Of a stretch of 64,000 nucleotides of DNA, positions 25,105 through 35,569 are shown piece by piece; within the stretch, counting starts at the first letter, position 1, and each line of letters opens with the position of its first letter. Where the stretch lies: assembly GCA_016124645.1 (NCBI GenBank), contig WGNE01000019.1, forward strand, positions 25,699 through 89,698. Reading direction: 5' to 3'. Under the pieces are notes generated by a model. That model ran no database searches. It was not told the DNA's origin and saw only the letters and a list, made by a program, of their open reading frames with translations. Origin of the DNA: Alphaproteobacteria bacterium (GTDB lineage Bacteria; Pseudomonadota; Alphaproteobacteria; Micavibrionales; UBA2020). Position numbers and translations under genes: made by a program.

Positions 25105-25674
25105 CTAGTTCACCGCCCGCACTTCGCTGACTTCGGGAACGAAGTGCTTCAAAAGGTTCTCGATGCCCAGCTTCAGCGTGGCGGTGGAAGAGGGGCAGCC
25201 CGCGCAGGCGCCGCGCATGTGCAGGAAGACGACGCCGTTCTCGAAGCCCTCGAACACGATGTCCCCGCCGTCCTGCGCCACCATCGGGCGTACGCGGGTG
25301 TCGAGCAGCTCTTTTATCTGCAGCACGATCTCGCTGTCGCCGTCCTGCGCGCTGGAGGCATTGGCGGCGGCCTGTTCGAGGTGCTCGTCGTTCATCACCG
25401 GTTCGCCGCGGGTGAAATGCTCCATCAGGGCGGCCAGCACCAGCGTTTTCAAATCCGCCCAGTCGGTGTATTCGTTCTTGCTCACGGTCACGAAATCCGC
25501 GCCGAGGAAGACGCCCGTCACGCCGTTCAGCTCGAACAGCCGCGCGGCGAGGGGGGAAGCTTCGCCCGCCTTTTCCTTGTCCGTGAATTCGGCGTTGCCG
25601 GAAACCATGACTTCGCAGCCGGGCAGGAATTTCAGGCTGGCGGGGTTCGGTGTCTCTTCGGTCTGGATGAACAT
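25105..25674 (-). CDS. NifU/Nfu-type Fe-S cluster assembly scaffold protein
   Basis: Start MFIQTEETPNPASLKFLPG (Nfu_N). The C-terminal part is NifU-like with CxxC (GACAGCPSS). Confidence 0.85.
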   Translation of the reverse strand: MFIQTEETPNPASLKFLPGCEVMVSGNAEFTDKEKAGEASPLAARLFELNGVTGVFLGADFVTVSKNEYTDWADLKTLVLAALMEHFTRGEPVMNDEHLEQAAANASSAQDGDSEIVLQIKELLDTRVRPMVAQDGGDIVFEGFENGVVFLHMRGACAGCPSSTATLKLGIENLLKHFVPEVSEVRAVN

Positions 25675-25675
25675 G

Positions 25676-26683
25676 TCAGGGTACGCCTTTCGTGGTTGAA
25701 TATACAAAATGGAGCGCCTCCCCCGGAAAAACAAGGGGGTGGATCGCATGGGCGGCCATCGCCACCTCCGAAAACCCGGTCAGGATGAGCTTGAGCTTGT
25801 TGGGATAAGTCGCGATGTCCCCCGCCGCGAAGATGCCGGGCACGTTGGTTTCCTGCGTCGCGGGGTTGACGGGGATATGATGCTGGTCGATGTTTATGCC
25901 CCAGTTCGAAAGCGGCCCCAGCTGCGGCGTGATGCCGAAGAAGGGCAGCAATACGTCCGCCTCCAGCGTCTTTTTGTTGCCGTCGAGGTCCGCGACCTCC
26001 ACGCCCGAAAGATTGCCGTTCGCGCCTTGCAGGGCGTGCAGCTGGTAGGGGATGACCATCTCGATCCTGCCCTGCGCGGCCAGCCCCTGCATCTTCGCCA
26101 CGCTTTCGGGCGCGGCGCGGAATTTCTCCCGCCGGTGGACGACGCTGATTTTTCCGGCGACCTCGGAAAGCGACAGCGCCCAGTCCACCGCGCTGTCCCC
26201 GCCGCCGGCGATGACGACTTTCTTGCCCGCGAAATCCTTGCGCTGTTTCACCATGTAGAAGACCGAACTGCCTTCATAGTCGGAAAGCCCTTCCAGCGGC
26301 GGGCGGTTGGGGCCGAAAGCCCCCGCGCCGGCGGCGATGATGATCGCCTTCGCGTGGATGGTGGTGCCGGTGCCGGTGGTGACGGTGAAGCCGTCGTCGG
26401 TTTTAAAGACGTCCTGCGCCTGCTGGTTGAGGTGATAGACGGGCGCGAAGGGCGCGGCCTGTTCTTCCAGCCGCGCGATGAGCTCGCCCGCCGACACGAC
26501 GGGGCAGCCCGGAATGTCGTAGATCGGCTTTTCCGGGTAGAGCGCGGTGCATTGCCCGCCCGACTGCTCGAGGCTGTCGATGACGTGGCATTTCATTTTC
26601 AGCATGCCGCATTCGAAGACGGCGAAGAGCCCGACGGGCCCGGCGCCGATGACCACGACATCTGTTTTATGTGTCTTTTCCAT
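25676..26683 (-). CDS. Ferredoxin-NADP(+) reductase (thioredoxin-reductase-like type)
   Basis: Start MEKTHKTDVVVIGAGPVGLFAVFECGMLKMKCHVIDSLEQSGGQCTALYPEKPIYDIPG, with a second GGGDSA nucleotide-binding motif. Confidence 0.8.
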   Translation of the reverse strand: MEKTHKTDVVVIGAGPVGLFAVFECGMLKMKCHVIDSLEQSGGQCTALYPEKPIYDIPGCPVVSAGELIARLEEQAAPFAPVYHLNQQAQDVFKTDDGFTVTTGTGTTIHAKAIIIAAGAGAFGPNRPPLEGLSDYEGSSVFYMVKQRKDFAGKKVVIAGGGDSAVDWALSLSEVAGKISVVHRREKFRAAPESVAKMQGLAAQGRIEMVIPYQLHALQGANGNLSGVEVADLDGNKKTLEADVLLPFFGITPQLGPLSNWGINIDQHHIPVNPATQETNVPGIFAAGDIATYPNKLKLILTGFSEVAMAAHAIHPLVFPGEALHFVYSTTKGVP

Positions 26684-26730
26684 CGAATTCCCTTTAAAAT
26701 CGCCTTTAGGTTTACACAAAAGGGGCGGTC

Positions 26731-27195
26731 ATGTCATTACGTACCCTGCGCATAAAGGACGAAGAGGATATGCGGGTTCTCGCCGTGCGCCTCGCCCAGA
26801 TATTGAAAATGGGCGACGTGCTGGCCCTGCGCGGCGACCTCGGCGCGGGCAAGACCAGCTTCACCCGCTCCCTCGTCAACGCGCTGGCCCCCTCGGAGGA
26901 GGAGGTGCCGAGCCCCACCTTTACATTGGTGCAGGTCTATGAGCGGCAAAAGCCCGCCATCTGGCATTTCGACCTCTACCGCATCGAGGAAGAGCAGGAT
27001 ATTCTGGAATTGGGCTGGGAGGACGCCATCCGCTTCGGCGTGACGGTCGTCGAATGGCCGGAAAGGCTGGGTAGCCTTATGCCGAAAGATCGGCTAGAAA
27101 TAGACATCCAGTTCGTCCCTGATTCTGAAAATGAGCGGGATGTGAGCTTCGTCCCCCACGGCCGCTGGGTCACGCGCCGGATGACGGACGAATAA
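26731..27195 (+). CDS. tsaE: tRNA t6A37 biosynthesis ATPase TsaE
   Basis: GDLGAGKTSFTRSLV, PSPTFTLVQVY, HFDLYRI. Confidence 0.85.
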   Translation: MSLRTLRIKDEEDMRVLAVRLAQILKMGDVLALRGDLGAGKTSFTRSLVNALAPSEEEVPSPTFTLVQVYERQKPAIWHFDLYRIEEEQDILELGWEDAIRFGVTVVEWPERLGSLMPKDRLEIDIQFVPDSENERDVSFVPHGRWVTRRMTDE

Positions 27196-27214
27196 AAACG
27201 ACGAGGATTTTGAC

Positions 27215-27955
27215 ATGAGCAAGCTTCCCGAAAAAGCCTTCGTGCTGGCCGCCGGCCAGGGGCAGCGCATGCGTCCGCTGACGGACAATTGCCCGAAGCC
27301 GCTTTTGTATGTCGGCGAGCGCACCATGCTCGACCGCGCGCTCGACGCGCTGGAGGAAGCGGGGGTGGAGGAAGCCGTCGTCAACCTGCATTACCTCGGC
27401 GACATGATCGAGGAGCACCTGAAAGCCCGTCCGCGCCCGCGCATCATTTTCTCGCGCGAGGAACAGGCGCTGGAAACCGGCGGCGGCGTGCAAACGGCGC
27501 TTTCGCATTTCGGGGACGAGCCGTTCTTCGTCCTCAACGCCGACGTCGTCTGGACCGACGGCGAAAAAGGCAGCGTGCTGCGCCGGATGGCGGAGATGTG
27601 GGACGGCGATAAAATGGACCTCATCCTGCTGCTGCACCCGGCGGCGGAAGTGCCCGCCTATGCCGGCAAGGGGGATTACTACCTTGCCGAAGGCGCGGAC
27701 AAGCCCGTGTTCAAGACCCGCGCGCAGGAACCCGCGAATTACATCTTCGCGGGCCCGCGCCTCGTCCACCCGCGCCTTTTCGAGGGCGTGGAGCCCGGCA
27801 GCTATTCCTTCCTCGACCTGTTCCACAAGGCCGAGGCGGCGGGCAGGCTCTACGCCCTGCGCCATGACGGCGACTGGTATCACGTCGGCACGCCCGAGGC
27901 GCTGGAGGACACCAACCGCCTTCTCGCCGCGCGGGAGAAAAAGCGCGCGCCATGA
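27215..27955 (+). CDS. Sugar-phosphate nucleotidyltransferase (MurU-like)
   Basis: AFVLAAGQGQRMRPLTDNCPKPLL. It sits between tsaE and addB, as is common in alphaproteobacteria. Confidence 0.7.
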   Translation: MSKLPEKAFVLAAGQGQRMRPLTDNCPKPLLYVGERTMLDRALDALEEAGVEEAVVNLHYLGDMIEEHLKARPRPRIIFSREEQALETGGGVQTALSHFGDEPFFVLNADVVWTDGEKGSVLRRMAEMWDGDKMDLILLLHPAAEVPAYAGKGDYYLAEGADKPVFKTRAQEPANYIFAGPRLVHPRLFEGVEPGSYSFLDLFHKAEAAGRLYALRHDGDWYHVGTPEALEDTNRLLAAREKKRAP

Positions 27956-30954
27956 GCGGCGGCAAAAATCCTTCCGTCGTCGCCATCCCCGCGGGCCAGT
28001 CCTTCGCCGATGCGCTGGCGCAGGGACTGCTGGACGAAGCCGCGCATGACCCCGCCGTCCTTGCCGACAGCCTGATTTTATTGCCCAGCCGCCGCGCCTG
28101 CCGCACCCTGCGGGAGGCTTTTTTGCGTCTTTCCGGCGGCGACGCGCTCTTGCTGCCGCGCATGCAGCCGGTGGGCGACGTGGATGCGGACGAGGTCGCG
28201 TTGCTGCTCGCCTCCGAAGAGGACGTGGCGGGGGTGATGGAGCTGCCGCCCGCCGTTTCCCCGCTGGAGCGGCAATTGATGCTGGCGCGCGCGGTCATGG
28301 CGGCGAAGATGGCGCAGTCCTTCGACCAGGCCGTCGCCCTCGCGCTCGACCTCGGTCGTTTCCTTGACGAGGTGCAGACGGAGAACCTCGACTTCGCGGG
28401 CCTCGCCGACCTCGTGCCCGAGGAATTCGCAGGCCACTGGCAGCAGACGCTGGAATTTTTGAAGATCATCACCGAACGCTGGCCGGAGATTCTGGCCGAG
28501 CGCGGCGTCATCGACGTCGCCGAACGCAGGAATTTGCTGGTCGAAGCGCAGATACGCGCGTGGCAGGCCAATCCGCCCGCGCATCCCGTCATCGCCGCGG
28601 GCTCGACCGGCATCGTGCCTTCCGTCTCCGATTTGCTGAAGACGGTCGCGCAATTGCCGAAAGGCCGCGTGGTGCTGCCCGGGCTCGACCGCCGCATAGA
28701 CGAGGACAGCTGGGACAAGCTGGGCGATGACCACCCGCAATATACGCTGAAACGCCTTTTGTCCCACATGGGCGTCGCCCGCGCCGATGTCGGCGAATGG
28801 AAACTTCAAAAACAGCCCGCGCTCAACCACGCGCGCGTGACCCTGCTCTCCGAGGCGCTGCGTCCGGCGGAAACGACGGAGAACTGGCGCGCGCTCACCC
28901 CCACGGATATTCCCGCGCAGGCGCTGGACGGTTTCGCGCGCATCGACTGCGACACGCCCCAGCAGGAGGCGGAGACCATCGCCCTTATCATGCGCGAAAC
29001 GCTTGAGGAACCGGGCAAGACCATCGCCCTCATCACGCCGGACCGCAGGCTCGCGCGGCGCGTCGCCGTCAGCCTGCGCCGCTGGGGCATCGACATCGAC
29101 GATTCCGGCGGCCAGCCGCTGACCGAGCTGCCCATCGGCACATGGCTGATGCTGACGGCGGAAATGGCGGAGGAAAACCTTTCCCCCGTCACGCTGCTGT
29201 CCTTCCTGAAGCACCCGAACATGGCGGCCAGCCTGCCCGCGGAGGAGCTGCGCGGCATGGTCTATCTGCTCGACAAGCTGGTGCTGCGCGGTCCGCGCCC
29301 CACGGCGGGCTTCGAAGGGCTGCGCGACGCGGTGCTGGCGCTGGACGACAAGGTCGAGACGCACCGGCAAAGGCTGCTGACGTGGCTCGAAAACATGAAA
29401 AGCCAGATGGCCCCCTTCGTCGAGGTCATGACGGCGGAGAAGACCGTTCCTTTCAAGTCCCTGCTCGAAAAGCACATCCGCATGGCCGAAACGCTGGCGG
29501 CGACGGAAGAGCTTCACGGCTCCCAGCGCCTCTGGCAGGCGGAGGCGGGGGACATGGCGGCGGGCTTCCTCTCCGACCTCTACCTTGCCGCGCGCGACGT
29601 GCCGGAGCTTTCCCCCGGCGATTACGTCGCGCTGCTGAAAACGCTTTTGAAATCCGTGACCGTGCGCCCGCATTACGGCGCGCACCCGCGCCTGAGCATC
29701 CTCGGCCTCATCGAGGCGCGGCTTTACAGCGCGGACAAGGTGATACTGGGCGGCGTGAACGAGGGCACATGGCCCGCGCTGCCCGCGCATGACCCGTGGA
29801 TGTCGCGCCCCATGCGGCGCAATTTCGGCCTGCCCGCGCCCGAGCGCGCCATCGGCATCACCGCGCATGACTTCGCGCAGGCGGCCTGCGCGCCCGAAGT
29901 CATCGTGACCCGCGCGCGCAAGGTCGATGGCACGCCCACCGTGCCCGCCCGCTGGCTGTTGCGTCTGGAAACGGTCTTGCAGGCGCTGGGCTTCGAGCTG
30001 CCGGAAAGCCGCGCGCAAATCTACCGCCAGTGGGTGCAGGACATGGACCGGCCCGCCGCCGTCGTCCCCGTTGCGCGCCCCGCGCCCGCGCCGCCCGCCG
30101 AAGCGCGGCCCAACAAGCTTTCCGTGACGCGCATCGAGGCGTGGATGCGCGACCCGTACCAGATCTACGCGCAATACGTGCTTGACCTTCGCAAGCTGGA
30201 AGACATCGACGCCGACCCCGGCGGGGCGGAGCGCGGCAACTTCATCCACACCGCGCTGGAAAAATTCATTCAGGCCTTCCCGGACCGCCTGCCGGACGAC
30301 GCGGCGGCGCAATTGCTGGGCTTCGGCCGCGCCGCGCTCGAGGACATGCGCATCCCCGAGGAGGTCGAGGCCTTCTGGTGGCCGCGCTTCGAGAAAATCG
30401 CCGGTGAATTCGTGCGGCAGGAGCGGGCATGGCGCGAAAACGCGACACCCCACAGCACGGAGGCGGGCGGAGAGTGGAGTTTCGAGACCGAAGCGGGCGG
30501 CTTCACCCTCACCGGCAAGGCCGACCGCATCGACCGTTTCACGGACGGCAGCTATGCGGTCATCGACTATAAATCCGGCGGCGCGCCCAACAAGGGCGAC
30601 GTGCTGCAGGGGCTTTCCCCGCAATTGCCGCTGGAGGCGCTGATGCTGTCGCACGGCGGCTTTCCCGGCATCGAGGCGGGCGCGACCTCGTCGCTCGTCT
30701 ATTGGAAGGTCACGGGCAGCGGGCAAAAGCCCGTGGAGCTGAAAGAGGTGATCAAGGACCCCGAACAGCTCGCCCATGTGGTGGAGGAAGCGGAAAAAGG
30801 CCTGCGCGCCCTGGTCGAGAAATTCGCCGACCCCGCCACGCCCTATATCTGCCAGCCGCGCGCGGTCGCCAGGCCGCGCTTTTCGGATTACGAGCACCTC
30901 GCCCGCGTAAAGGAATGGGGTCTTTCCGGCGACGAGGAAGGGGAGGCGGCATGA
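27952..30954 (+). CDS. addB: Double-strand break repair protein AddB (alphaproteobacterial type)
   Basis: 1000 aa, directly upstream of and overlapping addA, with a C-terminal PD-(D/E)xK-like region (DRIDRF...AVIDYKSG). Confidence 0.85.
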   Translation: MSGGKNPSVVAIPAGQSFADALAQGLLDEAAHDPAVLADSLILLPSRRACRTLREAFLRLSGGDALLLPRMQPVGDVDADEVALLLASEEDVAGVMELPPAVSPLERQLMLARAVMAAKMAQSFDQAVALALDLGRFLDEVQTENLDFAGLADLVPEEFAGHWQQTLEFLKIITERWPEILAERGVIDVAERRNLLVEAQIRAWQANPPAHPVIAAGSTGIVPSVSDLLKTVAQLPKGRVVLPGLDRRIDEDSWDKLGDDHPQYTLKRLLSHMGVARADVGEWKLQKQPALNHARVTLLSEALRPAETTENWRALTPTDIPAQALDGFARIDCDTPQQEAETIALIMRETLEEPGKTIALITPDRRLARRVAVSLRRWGIDIDDSGGQPLTELPIGTWLMLTAEMAEENLSPVTLLSFLKHPNMAASLPAEELRGMVYLLDKLVLRGPRPTAGFEGLRDAVLALDDKVETHRQRLLTWLENMKSQMAPFVEVMTAEKTVPFKSLLEKHIRMAETLAATEELHGSQRLWQAEAGDMAAGFLSDLYLAARDVPELSPGDYVALLKTLLKSVTVRPHYGAHPRLSILGLIEARLYSADKVILGGVNEGTWPALPAHDPWMSRPMRRNFGLPAPERAIGITAHDFAQAACAPEVIVTRARKVDGTPTVPARWLLRLETVLQALGFELPESRAQIYRQWVQDMDRPAAVVPVARPAPAPPAEARPNKLSVTRIEAWMRDPYQIYAQYVLDLRKLEDIDADPGGAERGNFIHTALEKFIQAFPDRLPDDAAAQLLGFGRAALEDMRIPEEVEAFWWPRFEKIAGEFVRQERAWRENATPHSTEAGGEWSFETEAGGFTLTGKADRIDRFTDGSYAVIDYKSGGAPNKGDVLQGLSPQLPLEALMLSHGGFPGIEAGATSSLVYWKVTGSGQKPVELKEVIKDPEQLAHVVEEAEKGLRALVEKFADPATPYICQPRAVARPRFSDYEHLARVKEWGLSGDEEGEAA

Positions 30955-33900
30955 CGCGCGAGAACGCCGCCACCAGAAAAATAGAACCCGCCGTGACGGC
31001 GAACGAGCGGCAATCCGCCGCCGCCGACCCGCTGCGCAGCGTCTGGGTCGGCGCTTCCGCCGGCACGGGCAAGACGAAAGTCCTCATCGACCGCGTGCTG
31101 CGCCTGATGCTGCCCCGTGCAGGACAGGCGGAAGCCGGCGCGACGCGGCCGGATAAAATCCTTTGCCTCACCTTCACCAAGACGGCGGCGGCGGAAATGT
31201 CCAACCGCATCTACGAAAAGCTCGGCGACTGGGCGGTCATGCCCGACGCGGAGCTGGAAGAGGAACTGTTCAAGCTCGTCGGCCAAAGACCGGACGAGGC
31301 GCTGGTGCGCGCCGCCCGCCGCCTTTTCGCGCGGGTGCTGGACACGCCGGGTGGACTTAAAATAATGACCATCCACTCCTTTTGCCAGTCGGTGCTGAAA
31401 CGCTTTCCGGTCGAGGCGGGGCTGCCGCCGCATTTCGAGCTGATGGACGAGGAAGACGCGGTCGAATACCTGCGCCGCTGCCTCAACGACATCATCGCCG
31501 TCGCCAGGAAGGAACCCGCGCAGCCGCTGGCGCAGGCCTTCAGCAGTCTCGTCCTGCTGCTCAACAGCGCGGACATGAACAGCCTGATGGCCAAGATCAT
31601 GGCGAAACGCAACCACCTCGCCCGCATCCTGAAAAGCCACGGCGATAGCGAGGGCAAGGCGGAAAAGACCATCGCCGGCGTCTATGCCCATCTCGGCCTC
31701 GCGCCCGACGACACGGAAGAGAAAATCCGCCGCAACGCGGGCCATCTGCCGCAGGAGGAGGAAGCCGCGCTGCGCCACGCCCTTGCCGCCCTGCTGGAGG
31801 GCAGCGCGAACGACCAGAAGGCCGCCGCCTGCCTGCAGCCGTGGCTGGAACGTCCCGCCGACCGCGCCTTTTTGTACGGCCAGTACCGCGGCGCGTTTTT
31901 CACCACGACGGGCGATTTGCGCAAGAGGTTTTCCACCAAAAAAGCGCAGGAAGCATATCCCGATATCGAGGACGTCATGCGGCGCGAGGCCGAAAGGCTG
32001 GAAAAGGTCGAGGACAGCCTGCGCGCCGTGCGCCTTGCCGCGCTTAACGGCGCGCTGCTCACCCTTGGCTCCGAAATGGTCGGGCGGTACGAGAAATACA
32101 AGCGCCAGACCGACCGGCTGGATTACGACGACCTGATCCTGAAGACCTGCGACCTGCTGGCGGAAAAAGACATGGTCAACTGGGTGCTGTTCAAGCTGGA
32201 CGAGGGCATCGACCATATCCTCGTCGATGAGGCGCAGGACACCAGCCCCTACCAGTGGCGCGTCATCAAGGCGTTGTCGGACGAGTTCTTCTCCGGCCGG
32301 GGCCGCAGCGAGGACAGCGCGCGCACGCTTTTCGTCGTGGGGGACGAAAAACAGTCCATCTTCAGCTTTCAGGGCGCGGACCCCGCCGAGTTCTCGCGCA
32401 TGCAGCGTTATTTCGGCGACCGCGTCGCGCAGGTGCAGGAAGGCTGGGACGTTTTTCTGGAGCATTCCTTCCGCTCCACCCGCGCGGTGCTGGAAGTGGT
32501 GGACGCCGTTTTTTCCGACCCCGCCGCGCGGCAGGGCGTGGTGAGCGACGTCGCGCGCGGGGTGCGCCACCTTGCCTTCCGCGAAGGGCAGGCGGGGCGC
32601 GTCGAGCTCTGGCCGCTCATCCGCCCGCCCGCGCCGGAACCGCAGGATGCGTGGAAAATGCCGCTGGAAGTCGAGCCCGGCGAGAACGCCGCCAGCAAGC
32701 TCGCCCGCAAGATCGCCGAGACGGTGCGCGGCTGGCTGGATGGCGGCGAGATGCTTGAATCGCGCGGGCGGCCCGTGCGCGCGGGGGACATCCTCATCCT
32801 CGTCCAGTCGCGAAGGGGGCTGGTCGAAATGCTCATGCGCGCGCTGAAGGAAAAGCACGTGCCCGTCGCGGGCATCGACCGCATGACGCTGACCGAGGAA
32901 ATCGCGGTCATGGACCTGCTGGCGCTGGCGGGCTTCGCCCTGCAGCCGCGCGACGATTTGACGCTGGCTACGCTTTTGAAATCCCCCCTCGTCGGCATGG
33001 AGGAGGAAGAGCTTTTCGGCCTGTGCCACGCGCGCAAGGGCACGCTTTACGACGCGGTCAAGGCGCAGCGGCCGGATATCTACGCCTATCTCGAAAAATG
33101 GATCAGGAAGGCCGGGCACGACACGCCCTATGAATTCTTCGCCGAGGCGCTGGGCACGCCCTGCATCGCCGACGCGGTGAGCGGACGGCGCGGCTTTCAC
33201 GCGCGGCTGGGCGGGGATATTCAGGACGCGCTCGACGAATTCCTGAACAGTGCGCTGCATTACGAGCAGTCGCACACCCCCTCGCTGCAGAAATTCGCCG
33301 ACTGGTTCCTGCGCGGCAAGACCGAGATCAAGCGCGAGCAGGAGCAGCACGACCTCGACCAGGTGCGCATCATGACGGTCCACGCCTCGAAAGGCCTGCA
33401 GGCGCCCATCGTCTTCCTGCCCGATGCCGCGAAACGCCCGCATGACTTCAACCACGCGCGCGTGCGCCTCATCTGGCCGCCGGAAACGGAGGAAGACAAG
33501 AAGGGCGTGCCGCTCTGGTCGCCGCGCGCGGAATTCGACGCCGCCGCCTATGCCGAACCGCGCGACGCCGCCCGCGCGGGGCAGGAGGAGGAATACCGCC
33601 GCCTGCTCTACGTCGCGCTGACAAGGGCGGAAGACCGGCTTTACATCTGCGGCCACCAGTCGGGCAGGTCCGTGCCCGCGGGCTGCTGGCACGAACTGCT
33701 GGAAAGCGCCTTCCCGAAAGGGGCGGAGACCATGCCTTTCATCGTCGATGGACAGGCGGTGACGGATGACGACGACAAGCCGTTCATGGTGCGCGCGCAT
33801 AGCTGCCCGCAGGAAAAGCCGCCCGAAGACCGCGCCGCCGCAGCGAAAGAGGCCGCGCCCGCGCGCAAGCCGCTGCCGTCATGGGTTTTCGAGCCCGCGC

Positions 33901-34514
33901 CGGAAGAGCCCGCGCCCGCCGTCCCGCTCGCTCCGTCGAAACCGGGGGAAGACGAGCCCGCCGCGCGCGGCCCGCTGGCGCAGGACGAGGACTGGCGTTT
34001 CCGCCGCGGCATCATCGTGCACCAGATACTCGAAGTCCTGCCGCAACTGCCGCAGGCGAAATGGGACGGCGCGCTCGCCGCCTATCTCGCCCGCCCCGCG
34101 CTCGCCATGACGGGCGAGCAGCAGGAAATGCTGGGCCGGGAGATATTGGCCGTGCTGCGCCACCCGGATTTCGCGCCCATCTTCGGCGCGGGCTCGCGCG
34201 CGGAGGTGCCGGTCGTGGGGCTGCTCGGCGCGAAAGCGGGGGCGGACAGGAAGCTTTCGCATGTTCTGTCCGGGGAGATGGACCGGCTGCTGGTGACGGA
34301 TGAGGAAATCCTCATCGTCGATTACAAGACCAACCGCCCGCCGCCGCAAAGGCCCGAGGACGTGCCGGTGCTCTACCTCAAGCAGCTCGCGGCCTATAAA
34401 TCGGTCATGCGCCACATCTACCCCGACCGGCCGGTGCGCTGCGCCCTGCTCTGGACCGACGGGCCGGACCTGATGCCGCTGCCGGACGGGATGCTGGAAA
34501 AATACCTGCTTTAG
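30951..34514 (+). CDS. addA: Double-strand break repair helicase AddA
   Basis: Start at ATG 30951 (ATGA overlap with addB). UvrD-type motifs GASAGTGKTKVL and VDEAQDTS, plus a C-terminal nuclease motif (IVDYKTN). The upstream 83 codons of the track ORF are judged non-coding. Confidence 0.9.
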   Translation: MTRENAATRKIEPAVTANERQSAAADPLRSVWVGASAGTGKTKVLIDRVLRLMLPRAGQAEAGATRPDKILCLTFTKTAAAEMSNRIYEKLGDWAVMPDAELEEELFKLVGQRPDEALVRAARRLFARVLDTPGGLKIMTIHSFCQSVLKRFPVEAGLPPHFELMDEEDAVEYLRRCLNDIIAVARKEPAQPLAQAFSSLVLLLNSADMNSLMAKIMAKRNHLARILKSHGDSEGKAEKTIAGVYAHLGLAPDDTEEKIRRNAGHLPQEEEAALRHALAALLEGSANDQKAAACLQPWLERPADRAFLYGQYRGAFFTTTGDLRKRFSTKKAQEAYPDIEDVMRREAERLEKVEDSLRAVRLAALNGALLTLGSEMVGRYEKYKRQTDRLDYDDLILKTCDLLAEKDMVNWVLFKLDEGIDHILVDEAQDTSPYQWRVIKALSDEFFSGRGRSEDSARTLFVVGDEKQSIFSFQGADPAEFSRMQRYFGDRVAQVQEGWDVFLEHSFRSTRAVLEVVDAVFSDPAARQGVVSDVARGVRHLAFREGQAGRVELWPLIRPPAPEPQDAWKMPLEVEPGENAASKLARKIAETVRGWLDGGEMLESRGRPVRAGDILILVQSRRGLVEMLMRALKEKHVPVAGIDRMTLTEEIAVMDLLALAGFALQPRDDLTLATLLKSPLVGMEEEELFGLCHARKGTLYDAVKAQRPDIYAYLEKWIRKAGHDTPYEFFAEALGTPCIADAVSGRRGFHARLGGDIQDALDEFLNSALHYEQSHTPSLQKFADWFLRGKTEIKREQEQHDLDQVRIMTVHASKGLQAPIVFLPDAAKRPHDFNHARVRLIWPPETEEDKKGVPLWSPRAEFDAAAYAEPRDAARAGQEEEYRRLLYVALTRAEDRLYICGHQSGRSVPAGCWHELLESAFPKGAETMPFIVDGQAVTDDDDKPFMVRAHSCPQEKPPEDRAAAAKEAAPARKPLPSWVFEPAPEEPAPAVPLAPSKPGEDEPAARGPLAQDEDWRFRRGIIVHQILEVLPQLPQAKWDGALAAYLARPALAMTGEQQEMLGREILAVLRHPDFAPIFGAGSRAEVPVVGLLGAKAGADRKLSHVLSGEMDRLLVTDEEILIVDYKTNRPPPQRPEDVPVLYLKQLAAYKSVMRHIYPDRPVRCALLWTDGPDLMPLPDGMLEKYLL

Positions 34515-34655
34515 CCTCTATATTTTTCCATAAACTCAAAACACCGTGGATTCCGGCGCCTGAATCCCTCGGGATTACAGAAACACCCTTGACCTCGCGC
34601 GGCTATCGTTTAGGGTAAACGGCGTATCACAGACCATAAGAACTTTCGCGCCTTT

Positions 34656-35093
34656 TTGACAGCAAGGGACACCTGCGCCGTGCCGCAAGACGAGAAAAAC
34701 GACCTGCCGGAAAAAAAGACCGTGCCCCGCATCCTGCGCGGCCGGCTGGAAGCTTTTTCCGAACAGGGCACGGAGGGCACGATCTGGTGTTTCTACGAGG
34801 ACGGCAAGACCGGCTACGACGCACTGTTCCCGCTGGAAAAGGGCGACGTTCTGCGCGTCTTCAACGACGCCGCGCGCAAGGACGAGGTCTGGAAGGGCGT
34901 GATTGATTTCGATTACGAGGTCGCGAAGAAACCCTTCTTCGGCGGCCACGTACAGCGGGTCGAGAACATCGGCACCGTGCACGGCGTGCAAAAGAGGGAA
35001 GACCCGGAAAACTGGGCGCAAATGTTCATTGATGAAAAACCGGCCATTCTGATCCTGCGCGATCCGGGGCGGTTCGACTTCAAGAAACGCTAA
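34656..35093 (+). CDS. Hypothetical protein
   Basis: 145-aa ORF (TTG start, alternative GTG at 34680) with real-protein-like composition (…GTIWCFYEDGKTGYDALFPLEKGDVLRVF…). No family recognised. Confidence 0.45.
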   Translation: MTARDTCAVPQDEKNDLPEKKTVPRILRGRLEAFSEQGTEGTIWCFYEDGKTGYDALFPLEKGDVLRVFNDAARKDEVWKGVIDFDYEVAKKPFFGGHVQRVENIGTVHGVQKREDPENWAQMFIDEKPAILILRDPGRFDFKKR

Positions 35094-35123
35094 CCGGCTA
35101 CATTCATTGAAAGGAAAAAAGAC

Positions 35124-35531
35124 ATGGCATTCGTAATTCCCGTTAACGAGCAGAACTTCGAAGAAGAAGTGCTCAAATCCGACAAGCTCGTCCTCATCGA
35201 CTTCTACGCGGACTGGTGCGGCCCCTGCAAGGCGCTGGCCCCCACGCTGGAAAAATTCGCCGAAGAGAATCAGGACAAGGTGAAGGTCGTCAAGATCAAC
35301 GTCGATGAAAGCCCGAACCTCGCCGGCGCCTTCAACGTGCGCTCCATCCCGACCCTCGTCACCATGAAGGGCAACGAGGCGATCTACGGCGTCACCGGCG
35401 GCGTGCCGAAAAATGTTCTCGAACAACTGCTTGAACAGTCTTTACAAGCGGTCGCCGCGAACGATATTAAGGGTGACAAGCCGGCCGCGCCGTCGAGCAA
35501 GAAACCCGGCGGCAAAGGGCCGACTCCCTGA
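35124..35531 (+). CDS. Thioredoxin with a ~29-aa Lys/Pro-rich C-terminal extension
   Basis: LIDFYADWCGPCKALAP...VRSIPTLV. The tail is ...DKPAAPSSKKPGGKGPTP. Confidence 0.85.
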   Translation: MAFVIPVNEQNFEEEVLKSDKLVLIDFYADWCGPCKALAPTLEKFAEENQDKVKVVKINVDESPNLAGAFNVRSIPTLVTMKGNEAIYGVTGGVPKNVLEQLLEQSLQAVAANDIKGDKPAAPSSKKPGGKGPTP

Positions 35532-35569
35532 TACCGGGGGTATCCCGTACAGATTGAAAGGAAAAAGAC

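Noticed and set aside
30702-30950. N-terminal 83 codons of the addA track ORF
   Set aside because: This stretch overlaps the addB 3' end in another frame. The ATG at 30951 gives the ATGA-coupled start and a homologous N-terminus.
28078-33800. 939-aa and 970-aa minus-strand ORFs
   Set aside because: They are antisense to addB and addA, which carry recognisable helicase and nuclease motifs. Their composition is shadow-like.
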